DNA from: the human T2T-CHM13v2.0 reference genome, Homo sapiens
Strand: one strand, 5' to 3'
Length of the DNA: 64,000 nucleotides
NCBI RefSeq assembly: GCF_009914755.1
Contig: NC_060939.1
Below are positions 37,836 through 50,954 of this stretch, one piece after another (position 1 is the first letter of the stretch; every line of letters starts with the position of its first letter). Below the pieces are notes generated by a model. It was not told the DNA's origin. It ran no database searches and saw nothing but the letters and a program-made list of their open reading frames with translations. A program made the translations under genes and the position numbers.

Positions 37836-38683
37836 GCCAGTGTAGAAATGTATTGTCTACCAACTACTGGCTGGACTCGTCTGACACCCATACTTAGAAA
37901 TTCCTAAGCACTATAGCCATGAGACCAATCACCTGGCCCGTCATGAGTGCCTGGCTGCGGTTTTGGTATGAAGCAGAAAGCCTCTACCAATCCAATCCAG
38001 TTTCTTAGCCCACTGCTAGCAAATGCTCGCCATTCCTAGGCTCCCTGCAGCCTTTCCAGACAAGTTTTCAAACCTAATTAAGCTTAGCATTATCATTGTT
38101 TTTATCACATTAAGTTCCCACTTGGCCCTCAGCAGCAGAGACCACAAAGTCAGCACTGCATCTTTAAACAGAAACAACAGATTTTGGTTCAATTAAAAAT
38201 TCATTAAAATGCAAATTAGTTTGTAAATTTTTTTCCCTCCTTCTGATGATTCCCCAACGTGGCTTTTTAATCATAGCTGGCGCTGAAGGAGAGGTGAAAA
38301 CCTGTGGATAGAAAGGAATACAGAGGGAGAGCCAGAACCCTGAAGCTGCAGGGCACATGCTTCTCTGAGAACCGTAACCCCTTCCTTTCCCCTCCGTAAC
38401 TCTATTTCCTCCCCAAAGAGGATGGTTTCAGTCTCATTCTTCCACGGTGCTTCGCTGATAACACTCAATCATTTTTTCAGATCTCAATCTCACTGAACAA
38501 TGTGATCTTAAGGGAAAACACCAGGATAAAATGAATAATTAACCTTCTCCACGTACATTCCCTGGCCATGCTGTAATATTCTGATAATGCTTTCATGATG
38601 ATTTCTCCACTAACAGGGCAGTGAAATTTGACTAGTGGATTCCTGCAATGACTAAATATGACAATTAACACTCCAAGGGTTTA

Positions 38684-39055
<372 letters not shown>

Positions 39056-39099
39056 TTACTATACACAGAAACTGTAGGACTTTCCCTTGCATTCTCTCA

Positions 39100-39710
39100 T
39101 CAATCTACACAGCAACTTTATATTGAGGTCTGTATTGTAATGCCTAGCATAAAAATGGGGAAACTGAGGTTTGGGGATTCTAAGATACTTGCCCAAAGTC
39201 GCCACCATAGTTTGGTTAATTTGACCCCCTCCAAATATCACGTTGAAATTTGATTCCCAATGTTGAAGGTGGGGCCTAGTGGGTGGTATTTGGGTCATGG
39301 AGATAAATTCCTCATGAATAGGTTAAATCTCTTTTTGTGAGTGGAGGGTGAGTTCTCACTCCTTTAGTTCCCAAGAGAGCTGGTTATTAAAAAGAGCCTG
39401 GCTCCTCCCTCCCTTGTCTCTTGCTTCCTCTCTCACCATGTGATCCCTGCACATACCAGCTCCTCTTCACTTGCCACCATGAGTGGAAGCTTCCTGAGGC
39501 CTCACCAGATGCAGAAGCCAATGCCATGCTTCTTGAACAGCCCTGCAGAACCATCAGCCAAATAAACCTCTTTTTATTATAAATTACCCAACCTCAGGTT
39601 TTCCTTTATAGCAACACAAATGGACTAAGACAGTCACATAACTAGAAAGCAGTAGTCAGGGCTTGAACTCACATCCATTGGATTCCAAAGTCAGTGCTCT
39701 TTCCATTACA
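39100..39710 (-). mobile_element. MIR split by an MST LTR
   Basis: GGGAAACTGAGG...ACTTGCCCAAAGTC then, after the LTR, GTCACATAACTAG...TTGAACTC...TCCAAAGTCAGTGCTCTTTCCA. Confidence 0.75.
39203..39632 (+). mobile_element. MSTB-type MaLR solo LTR
   Basis: ATAGTTTGG...GTTGAAATTTGATTCCCAATGTTG...CTTCCTGAGGCCTCACCAG...GGACTAAGACA; TSD GTCGC/GTCAC. Confidence 0.88.
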
Positions 39711-42049
39711 TTAATCCCACGACTTCGTTCCTGTGTCACAGACCTCACTCAGCTTATTGTTTCACTGAATGTACCAGCAGTTACATTCAATTGCTTCTGA
39801 GACAGGTTGGATGTATACCACGCTGCTGGCTTTCAAGAAAACAATGCCATGCTGCCTCAGACTCAAGAAGAGTGGGTCTCATCTTCCTACTTACTGTGGG
39901 AAGCCAAGCAGCTACTGCAGGTTCATTAGATGCCCCTAATTGCTGAGAACACATTCAGGAAGTATGGTAAATGCAACTTAATTGAGAACTAATTAACTTG
40001 TTATAGTTATCTCGTTATATGCCAATTAAATATCTAAATATTCCTTTCTTCTCAGATAAAGAATTTTTAAAAATCAGTGATGAAACTGGATCTCCAAATG
40101 AGAGAATTCAGGTAGCAGACCCCGGATGGACACCAACTCTACAGGGGCTTTAGTGGGGCCTGGCGGTCCTGAAGAGGAGGTCAAGCTCATTCATATCATT
40201 TTAAAGGAAGATGTCCAAAGGCAGAGGACAGATTTTGACTTGCAGAGGAATTCTCCATTAAATCTGGTGTGAAACGGGATTTGGTCCAGAGGCCCCAAGA
40301 GACATAACCTGGCAAGGGCTGTTCCTACTACCCGGCTTTGCTCCAGCTATTTAAGGTTTATGCTTTTTATCTCTTTGTTTGCTTTTAATCTGCCCTTTTC
40401 TGTGGAAATCCAAGGAGGCCTTTCACGTAACTACACATTGTCATCAGGAGCATATTGCCATGGCAGAGCTCAGTTTCAGCTCAGCTCCGAAGTAATCATT
40501 CACTTTTCATTTGTTTTCAGTGGCAATGTAGTTTAACCCCCTCCTCTGCTGAGTTTCTACAAGCTCTTTCAAAGAGAATCCCCGAAGGTGGAGGAGCTGA
40601 GAGGTGCTTCCCTAGCCAACCAGGAAAGAAGGGAAGGCTGAAAGAGTAAGTCCATTCACAGGACTGCACTTTCAGCCCTGATGTTTCTTTCTAAAGAATG
40701 TCTGTTTAAATCACTGAGAAAATAAAATTATATTCCCGTCAGAAACCTAAATCAATATCTGGTCCTGGGAGATGAAGAGAGTCAGATCCCGTTCTCACCC
40801 AAACGTTGTCATTGGAACTGATGGGCCAGTGAGTTTGGGCTGCCTTGTTAAGATCACCTGGTGCTGCACGAGGAAAGGGTGTGTCTGGTTTCTCATCTTA
40901 ATGACAAGCAGGCATGCTGCTTTGAAATGTTCTGCTTGACTCCCCCAACCTTCCAGTTTGAAGACTGGTGCTCTTTTCAGATCTTTCTGACTTCCTGTCT
41001 CATTGAAGAATGTCCCAGCCACATCGTTCCCGGGGCTTTTCCATTCTTCCTTGCTCACAGTCAATGTTCATCTACTTTAGGGACTGATGGTACTAACACT
41101 GTTTGTTGCAGTCCTAGAGAGATATTAGAATGATGAAGCCCCGTTTCCTAAGGGGAGCTACTCACCTGCTCTGCCCCAAACTGAACACTCAAACTCTCCG
41201 TACAGATCTGTTTCTATTAAAGAAACTGATGGGATTCCTTAGCTCTAGCCTTCAAGGAGACAACAAAATAATTAATTGAAAATGATGAGTTCACCCTCTG
41301 GAATGAAAATGATAAACTACTTATTATACAGTCAGTTTAGGCTGTGGTGCATTCAGCAAACTATAAATAATGCACAGGGAGATTCTGATACGAATTTCCA
41401 ATTTCTTATCATTGCAAAACGAGTGTGATCCCACCTTCGTTACTATACCTGGAAGCTTGACTGCCATCTGATCCATCTGGATTTGGAAATTGATTTTCCT
41501 ACCTAGCTTCTGCTAGCTTACTTCCATTGTCTCCAACCACACTCTTGTTCCACTTGAGTCTGTGCTGGGACACAGCTTCTTTGTACCAAGCCCTTGCTTT
41601 CTTCTATTTGCAGAAAACTCTCAATTTCTGCTTATGCATTTGTTCAAAGTTCACTTTAAGTACAGAGTATTTATCAACTGTATTGCTCTGCAAAGTGCCT
41701 GCCGCCGGTGACTCATTATGGGGAATGGCTTCTCCTCCCTATTTTGCATGGCCCCGCAGCTTTCTGTCCGTGTCTCTCTCATGTGAGCGTTCTGTTTTCT
41801 TTGGCCAGCTGCCTCTGTTCTCAGCCTGCATCTTGATGATCGGTGGCATATTTCAAACTCCACTCCTTGAGGGTAGGGAAGTAACTACCAGTTTGGGATT
41901 GACATTAAAAGAGCTCTTCTATTGCATGGAAATGTGGTTACTATGTTGAAATCCTTTTGAGGGAAGCAGCACCCTGGCGATAGAGATCTAACGCAGGCTT
42001 TGGGGATGAGGATGATGAGGGCTGCGGGGAGGTCTGCTTTCTTCCAGGG

Positions 42050-42203
42050 AATGGTTTTCAACTCTGGCTGCCCTTTGGAATCTCTTGGGTAGCATTTGCA
42101 AATTCAGACACCTCTGTCCCACCCCAGAGACTCTGATGAATTATCTGGGAGGCAGCCAGAATCAGGCTTGTTTCAAGTTCCCCAGGTGACACTGAAACCA
42201 CTG
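42050..42203. mobile_element. MER5B-like MITE
   Basis: GGTTTTCAACTCTGGCTGC...CCACCCCAGAGACTCTGAT...TCCCCAGGTGA...AAACCACTG. Confidence 0.75.
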
Positions 42204-42852
42204 GGCTAGAAGTGTGACATCAAATCAGAGTCCATAAGAAAAAAACTGAGATTCACATTAAGGGGAGAGCAAGTGTCAAGCTCAAGTTCAAAAGATGAGC
42301 AATGGTAATAAAGTCCAGACTTAAAGCCAAGAGTCCAAACTGGGGCAGAAATGGAGCACAGGGTAAAAGAAAAGCAAATCAGACAAGAGCCACAAAAGTC
42401 CAGAGTGCCCGCTGCAAGGCCCATACCCTGGTGGGCCCACAGCTCAGTTTCAAGACCAGAAGGGTTGGGGCAGTGTGGCATAGTGCCTGAGGCAGGAACC
42501 ACAGGGGTCTGTGACTTCCTGCTCAAGGCTATTTCACACCCTTCTTCCAGCAAGAGCTAAGAGTTGAATCACACCATACCAGACCTACGCTGATTATCAC
42601 AACAAATACAATGATGTAAAATCATTCAGTGTTAGGGCTGAAAGAAATAATTTAGTCCAACCTCCTTCATTACATCAAAATCAGATCAGAATGTGTTTCT
42701 CCTCCCACAGATCTTCACTATAAAGACTAAAAGACTCAAGTCAGGTATTCATAGAAGCAAGCAGGAGTGGCTTGCAATTTTTATAGGAACATTTCAATTA
42801 TCATCAACTCTCTCATTGCAGGGTGGTGGGGAATGTGGCATAATCTCTACAT

Positions 42853-43054
42853 CAGCCTTTCTCAAACTTTAGTGAGCTTGGAAAGTGACCAAGAGGGAGT
42901 GTGTTAGAATGCATGTTGCTTGGCCCACTCCAGAGAATCCGATTCAGTAGGTCTGGGGTGGGCCCCAGGTATCTGTATTTTTAACAAGTAAGAAGCGCTA
43001 CAAGCCCAGGCATTCTTACACGGGTGGTTCCAAAGCCAAGTTTTTAGAAATACT
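42853..43054. mobile_element. MER5A-like MITE
   Basis: TTTCTCAAACTTTAG...GATTCAGTAGGTCTGGGGTGGGCCCCAGG...TTTTTAACAAG...AGAAATACTG. Confidence 0.8.
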
Positions 43055-43192
43055 GGTTCTAAGTGATCTCATCATTTGTAAACCTTGGCTTGACTCCTGG
43101 ACGGAAAAGCAATTTTCAGATTGGCAGTTATCAACCCTGGCTGCACATTAGAATCATTTGGAGAGCATTTTTAAGAAATACTGATGCGTGGG

Positions 43193-43551
43193 TGTCTTAG
43201 TCCGTTTGCACTGCTATAACAAAGTGCCATTGGCTGGGGAGCTTACAAACAAAAGATATTTAATTCTCACAGTTCTGGAGGCTGGGAAGTCCTAGATCAA
43301 GGCACCAGCTGGCTCAGTGTCTGCTGAGGGCCGATTTCCTGATTCATTGATGCCAACTTCTCACTGTCTCTTCACCTGGTAGAAGGCGGCTCTCTGAGGC
43401 ACTTTTTTTTAAGGACATTAAACCCATTCATGAGGGCTCCATCCCCATGACCTAACTGATTCCCAGTTGTCCCACTTCCTGACACCATCACATTAGTGAT
43501 TAGGTTTCAACATATGAATTTTGGGGAGACACAAAAATTCAGGCCATAGTA
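43193..43551 (-). mobile_element. MLT1A0 solo LTR inserted in a MER5B (about 43123-43600)
   Basis: TGTCTTAGTCCG...TCTCACAGTTCTGGAGGCTGGGAAGTC...TTCAACATATGAATTTTGGGG; MER5B halves on either side. Confidence 0.88.
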
Positions 43552-43602
43552 CTGGACCTTAACCCAAACCAACTGAATTAGAATCTCTTAGGACTGAGGC
43601 CT

Positions 43603-43985
43603 TGTATCAGTTAGACACTGCTATAACAATGCTGTGTGACAAATATCTCAAAACTCAGTGGCTTAAAACAACAAACATCTATTTCTCACTCATAGGTCTG
43701 TTGATGGCTAGAGCACAACTGTTCTAGCCTGACTCACCTGGGTGACAGCTCCAGATTGTAGGTTGGATTCAAGTCAGCTTCACATATGTTTCACTCTCCT
43801 TGGACCAGTGGCCAACGAGGATGTGTTCTTCTCGCAGTAGATCGCTGGACTGCAAGAGACAAGACAAACAGCACATTTAAAGCTTCTGCTCATGTCATGT
43901 CCAGTAATATCCTACTGGCTGAAGCAAGTTTATGTGGCCAAGCCCAATATCAAGAGGATGGGGGAAAAAAAATACTCCACTCAAT
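43603..43985 (-). mobile_element. MLT1J-like LTR
   Basis: TGTATCAGTTAG...CTCAAAACTCAGTGGCTTAAAACAACAA...GCACATTTAAAGCTTCTGC...GGCCAAGCCCA. Confidence 0.7.
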
Positions 43986-45289
43986 GGTCTAAACTATCAC
44001 AGGCTCCACCCTAGACCAATTAAATCAGAATTCCTGGGACAGGATATCAGCATTGACAAAGCCCCCTAAAATGTACAGCTAGGATGGAAACTCATTCTTC
44101 TAAAGGGTGATTCAGGCCCCAGGCCCATAAATAAGCGGCTAATCCTATCTGCAGAAGTTACAGTGCTATATATTTGGAATAAAACATGAGAAGTAGCACT
44201 GTGGCAAAAGTATGACTAAATAAATGACAGAGAAAATAAAAATCAAGCAAAGTACATTATTTGTGCATGTCAGCCCTTCAAATATTTGGACTCAGCCCTC
44301 ATGTTCTGCACTGCTGACCCCAGCTCCTTTTCTGACCTTTAAAGAAAGTTTCAGTCCCTCCAATCATAGGCCAGGCAGGATGCTTTCAATTCTTCTCTCC
44401 CTCTGGTCTCACTCTTCTCGGAATGCACTCTATATGTTTTGTTGTGCACCCCTTCAATAAGGGGTCCCTCCAGCACATTCCTGCCATGTTCATGCCGTGG
44501 CCTTAAGTCGAGAGGAACAAAATCAGACAGGCTTTCCCCATGTCCTCAAGACCAAGTTCCTGTTCACACAGCCCAAGTGAAACCGCTGGGAGGGGGCAGC
44601 ACCTGCCCATCTGGCCCATCTAGCTCAGGTGCAGCCACCCTGGCTCCATATCAAGGCCAGTCTCTCAGCCTGCTGCCCTCCCAGATCTGCCTCTAACTTC
44701 CAGAGTGTCCCTGGACAAAGTCACTTCCTCCTCTTTTGGTCCTAATTTCTTCATCTGGAAGAAAAAAGTCTGCGGCTGGCCACATCCTTTCAGCTCTGAC
44801 CTTGGTGAGCATGGGGCTGTGCAGGCATGAGGGTGGCCCTCAGAGAAACACTGTTACAGTCAGGGACCCAAGGGAAGCCTAGACACTTACCAGGGGTGTT
44901 TGCCAACAGCATTGGCATTAAATGCTCAGGCCTATGCAGCTCAAGAAAAATTGTTTTGTTGCTCCTACTAGAAAAATCCACTAATTGCATTCTCCCAATG
45001 ATGGCGGTGGGTAAAGAAGAGCATTAATACTGTCAGCTCTGTGGGATGGTCTAGGATGCAGTTTTCCATCTGCCGCGGCGTCGGGAGAACTCGCAGGCCT
45101 CACTCTCGGTGGCCGCAGAGCCCTGCTTTTGCAGCAGCCTCTCATCACTCCCCACCTTCGTCATCTCCCTGCACCTGAATACTTGGGAGTGGTTCATGGG
45201 GATCATTCATCCATCTGCCCTTACCCTGACCAGCAGCCCTGGGTGGCCCAGCTTGGCCTCCCTTTCTGTACTCATCTCTCCTCTCTCTC

Positions 45290-46080
<791 letters not shown>

Positions 46081-46311
46081 TTAGACTGATTTTAGGCTAA
46101 CTGAATTGGTGTCTTTTGCCCTGTTGCCACAGAGTGGAGTCCAGAGGCATCGGATTCAACATCATGCTCTTCTGGAACATTTTAGAAGGCCAACTGGTCC
46201 TCAGGTTTCAAGAGCTTAGACCTTTCCTCTTATCATTACCTGTTTAACAATAGCATAAGCTACTGAGAGATACAGTGGCCAAGGCCTCAAACAGAATTGC
46301 ATTCACTCTTT

Positions 46312-46627
46312 ATTTTTATTTTTATTTTATTTATTCATTTATTTTTTGAGGCAGAGTCTCGCCCTGTCACCCAGGCTGGAGTGCGGTGGCGTGATCTCGG
46401 CTCATACAACCTCCGCCTCCCAGGTTCAAGAGATTCTCCTGCCTCAGCCTCCCAAGTAGCTGGGATTACAGGCACGTGCCAACACGCCCTGCTAATTTTT
46501 TGTATTTTTAGTAGAGATGGGGTTTCACCATGTTAGCTAGGATGGTCTCGATCTCCTGACCTCGTGATCTGCCCATCTTGGCCTCCCAAAATGCTGGGAT
46601 TACAGGCATGAGCCACCGCGTCTGGCC
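46312..46627 (-). mobile_element. AluSc-like with TSD
   Basis: AGGATGGTCTCGATCTCCTGACCTCGTGATC feature; TSD GCATTCACTCTTT / GCATTTGCTCTTT. Confidence 0.95.
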
Positions 46628-46789
46628 GCATTTGCTCTTTAAACCTGCAGCAAAGTTTCATGGAGAAACATGAGACCCTCTAAACACAAATTTAAAGAGA
46701 ACAGGTACAGTATGCCCAAGAACTGGAGAAAAGCTCAGTATTACACATCTGCTTTTTAATCATGAAACAGCAATGAAAACAGCAACTAT

Positions 46790-46950
46790 GAAGCACCAGG
46801 TTAATTTCTCATTTAATTCTCACGTTTATGAAACTTAGATGATATTACTTCACTTTACAATCTGGGGCACAGAGAGGGCAAGTAAATCACATCCACTGCT
46901 AAGTGACTGTAGATATTTGAAGATAAGTCTGACTCTGAAGCCCTTAGTCT
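46790..46950 (-). mobile_element. MIR
   Basis: TCTCATTTAATTCTCAC...GGCACAGAGAGG...GTCTGACTCTGAAGCCC. Confidence 0.65.
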
Positions 46951-48205
46951 TCCCTCGATACCAAATTGCCTCCTCATTTCACTAGCTGTGCTAGGATGTA
47001 ATTTTAAAATATAGTATGACATTTCCATAATAACTTGGAAAACAATATGTTGTCATGTTTTATGAAAAATTAGGATACAAACATGTATGTACACTTTGCT
47101 AATATTTACATTTTTAAATTTTACATGAGAAAAAGCATTAATTTAAACCAAAATGACATGCGGTTGCATTAAATGATCAATTTTAAGTAACTTAAAAAAT
47201 AATTTTCAAATGCCTGGCACTTCTAGATTTAAGAAAAATTATTATGTTTGTTCAAAGGCAAGTTAGCAATACCTGGTTTGCCTGTGATGAGGCAGGTGGA
47301 GAGCTTCCAAGATCTCAGATCTTTCACATCACTGGCTTCTTCAGCGGTAGGAGTTGGTGCAAAGAATGGAATCGGGCTTTCAGACAAAAAATCGGAGAGC
47401 AGAGAAATGTTGATGGAGTGGGGTTGGATAGTGTCTTGGCCAGCACCGAAACTAAGATTGGGGGGTGGTCACTGTCAAGGACCAAAGACTCCTGTGGTTG
47501 GACTACCCTGAATTAGTGCCCAGGGACAGACCCCCTGCAGTCAAGAAACTCAAACCAAGATTAGTCTCAGAGGAAGCTGGGGAATGAACTTGGTGCTCAG
47601 TCCCCTTTCACTTACAAGGAAAAAAATAAGAAGCAATTTTCTTTTTTATAGCTGTTTTGGATCTAGTGTGCTCCCTGAGAAGCTCTGAATATGGCTTAGC
47701 CTTTAGATGTTTTGACAAGTGTATGATCAACCCAGAACAAGCCTTGTGTGCACTTTTCACCAAGTCTATTTTTCAAAGGCAAAAATTGGTGAATAGTGAA
47801 AGAACAACTTCTCTGTAAGAGGAAATTCCTACTGTTTAGGACTTTTAAATCATTTCTTTGAAATAGAGTTGTATAGGAACCAGGATCATGATGTGATAGT
47901 GGACTTCTGGGGGTGATGGATTTATTGAGGAGGAGCTCCATCCTCTTTTTAATCCAAAGGAAGGAATTAAACCTTTCCTTTTGAGCAGCATCCTATGACA
48001 AGTTTAAACACCAAAAACAATCCCAAAAGGCATTGCAGATATTGCAGGGAAATTTACACGTGCTTCATTGTAAGTTGCCTTACCATTATTGTGTGATATT
48101 TTAACAGAACCACGTAATGGAATCACAGGCCATCCTGGAGAGGTGTCATGGTTCACTGGAATGAACATGGATGCTGCATTCAGATTGACATGGGTTGAAA
48201 CCCAG

Positions 48206-48562
48206 TGTCTTCATCAGCTCAGCCTGCCATACAATGTTGTATGGTATTCATAGACCAGGTAGCTTAAATAACAGGAATCTATTTTCCACAGTTCTGGGGG
48301 CTGGAAGTTAGTGATCGGAGTGCCAGTACATCCAGGTCCTGGTGAGGGCTCTCTTCCTGGCTTGCAGATTGCCACCTTCTTCAAGGTAGACAGAAAAGAA
48401 GCAAGCTCTCTGATGTCTCTTCTTATAAAGGCATGAGGGCTCTACTTTACTGACCTCATCTAAACCCAATCACCTCCCAAAGGGCCCATCTCCATAATCA
48501 CATTGAGGGTTGGGGCTTCAACACAGGAATATGTGGGGGACACAAACGTCCAGTCTGCAACA
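48206..48562 (-). mobile_element. MLT1A-type solo LTR
   Basis: TGTCTT...CACAGTTCTGGGGGCTGGAAG...GAGGGCTCTCTTCCTGGCTTGCAG...GGGGACACAAAC; TSD CCCAG/TCCAG. Confidence 0.85.
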
Positions 48563-48702
48563 TCCAGCCTTGCCACTGATTAGCTGGGGCTTTGGGGAGG
48601 CCACATAAGCTTTCTGAGTCTCCATCGTGTCTAAAACTGGGAGACTTATTAGGTAACTGTCAAAGTTAAATGAGTGAAAGTACATGAAAACCATAACATA
48701 GT

Positions 48703-49075
48703 TGATATGGTTTGGCTCTGTGTCCCCACCCAAATCTCATCTCAAATTGTAATCCCCATCATCCCCACATGTCAAGGGAGGGACCTGGTGGGAGGTGATT
48801 GAATCATGGGGGCAGATTTCCCCATGCTGTTCTCGTGATAGTGAGTGAGTTCTCCTGCGACCTGATGGTTTCATAAGTGTTTGACAGTTCCTACTTCACA
48901 TGCTCTCTCTCACCTTCTGCCATGTAAGACGTGCCTACTTCCCCTTTTCCCACGATTGTAAGTTTCCTGAGACCTCTCCAGCCATGCAGAACTATAAGTC
49001 AATTAAATGTCTTTTCTCTATAAATTACCCAGTCTCCGGCAGTTCGTTATAGCAGTGTGAGAATAGACTAATACA
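48703..49075 (+). mobile_element. THE1D solo LTR
   Basis: TGATATGGTTTGGCTCTGTGTCCCCACCCAAATCTC...GACTAATACA; TSD ATAGT/GTAGT. Confidence 0.95.
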
Positions 49076-50264
49076 GTAGTAGTACACATAGGAGGTGATT
49101 TAGAACTGTCCCAAATATGCTTTTGGCAGCAGAACACTTTTCTTCCTAGACAGAAGCACAGTCTAAATAGGAAGTAAGAGCAGAACTGCTCTGCAAAGGT
49201 AGCCCTTCCGTTTGGATCTTACTTACCTCTGGAATCACACTCCAGGAGCCAGGACTTCAGAGAGCACCTTAATTTAAAAACCACCCACCTCGTGAGACTC
49301 CACTGCATCTGCTGGGTGGTGCTCCCATTCTCACTCCCAGGAGTCCTAAATATAAAACATACATCCAGTCACACATGAAGACATTGCTATATCTCAGGGA
49401 GGGCTGGGCTCCTCTGGCCACATCCACACCCTCAGAACAATTCCCTTTGCACCGGCACTGGCAACTTATCCCAATGCCCTGTGTTCTCTCTTCATCAGTA
49501 CCATGTGCACCTCTCCAACTATGAACTTACAGTAATTCCCAAGTCCCATTTCAACAGAACCTATATATAACCCCACCCTTAAAAAATCCAAAATATTTCT
49601 TTTACACCTGAGGTTAAAAATTTGGAAGAGTACAGTGTGTGTGTTGGGCGGGGGGCGTGTGTGGTGCATGCGTGAGTGTGTGTACCTGCACGCACCATGG
49701 TTCTCAGCTTAGACAAATTTACTAGACTTAGCAGTCTTATTTTCTCTTGAGGAGTTGTACAGTAGGTTAAAAGTACATGATTCAAAGTTTTTGCATTCAT
49801 TAGTATCATTTCTATGCTGCCAAATGCCTAATTCTGATGCCTAGTTCCCACTAAACCTATAAGCAAAAGGCTTTATTTTATCATTTCATTTTTATTTTCA
49901 TTGCCTTTCCTTCTCTTTCAGTGTTTCCCTAGGACTATGCCATAGGCACACTTTCATTTGTGATTAGCTATGGGATTACAGTGATGGGAATTGGGAATCT
50001 GGGTATAGGTCTCTGGGTGGATGGCACCTACAACCTGGGTGGAAAAGGCATGTTTCTAAGGACAGTGATGGCCTCAATCAAAATGTTTCTAGTGAGGACA
50101 GAGGAAGCCTCCCTTTCCAAAAAGTCACACCTGATTCCACTGATTGAGTTCTGGCCCCAGGGTAATATGACTTTCTTCTTAATATCTGTATTTTTGCTCA
50201 GTGGTTTGGACAAAATACATTTCCCTTTAATCTGACTATTCTGAGATTCCTAAGTAGTCCCACC

Positions 50265-50570
50265 ATGAATAGGCAGTTCACAGAAGCAGCACAGGAAAAG
50301 ATGTTCACTCTCATGCATGATGAAATAATTTCTACCTAGCAGATGGCAGATCCACAAGTTTGATACTATACCGTATTACCAAGTGTGGACAAACATTTTG
50401 ACAGAGGAGTATACTGGCATAGCTCTTTGGCAATTGCCACACCAACACATAAAATGGACATGATTCCTGATTTAGCAATTCCCCTCCTACGACTTTATCC
50501 CAAAGCTACCATAGCCCATGTCAATGTTACAAAGAAAAATTCCACACCTGTGCACACTAGAATCACTTGA
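50265..50570 (+). mobile_element. Old L1M fragment
   Basis: ATGAATAGGCAGTTCACAGAAG...AAAAGATGTTCA...AGCAATTCCCCTCCTA. Confidence 0.65.
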
Positions 50571-50954
50571 CATTGTAACCTCACATCTCACACAGGCACT
50601 CCACCCTGCTCAGCAATTGCATCACTCTTCTCAAGTCAAATGCCCTCCTCTCCTGGATGACCTTATCATACCAGCCCCTCATTTCTTAAACTCTTAACTT
50701 CTGCCAACTGGAGACTCCTCTTCAGTCTTCACTGAAGAAGACACGCACACACAACTCATTTTCCCAATTGAAAAATGGTAAAGAATCTATCAGGGGAGAG
50801 GAAAGAGAGGACAGGATTTTATGACAGTCAGCCTCAGAGCTAAATGGGTTTAAATGCCATCTACCAGTATGAGACCTTGTGCAAGTCACAGAAACTCTCT
50901 AAAATCCCATTTCTTCATCTAGATATCCAAGATCCTGGTCATGACTATGAATGA

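Larger units (their letters stand above)
48140..49095 (+). mobile_element. Single MIR split by two MaLR LTRs
   Basis: ATGGGTTGAAACCCAG | MLT1A0 | CCTTGCCACTGATTAGCTG...GTTAAATGAG...AACATAGT | THE1D | AGTACACATAGG. Confidence 0.65.
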
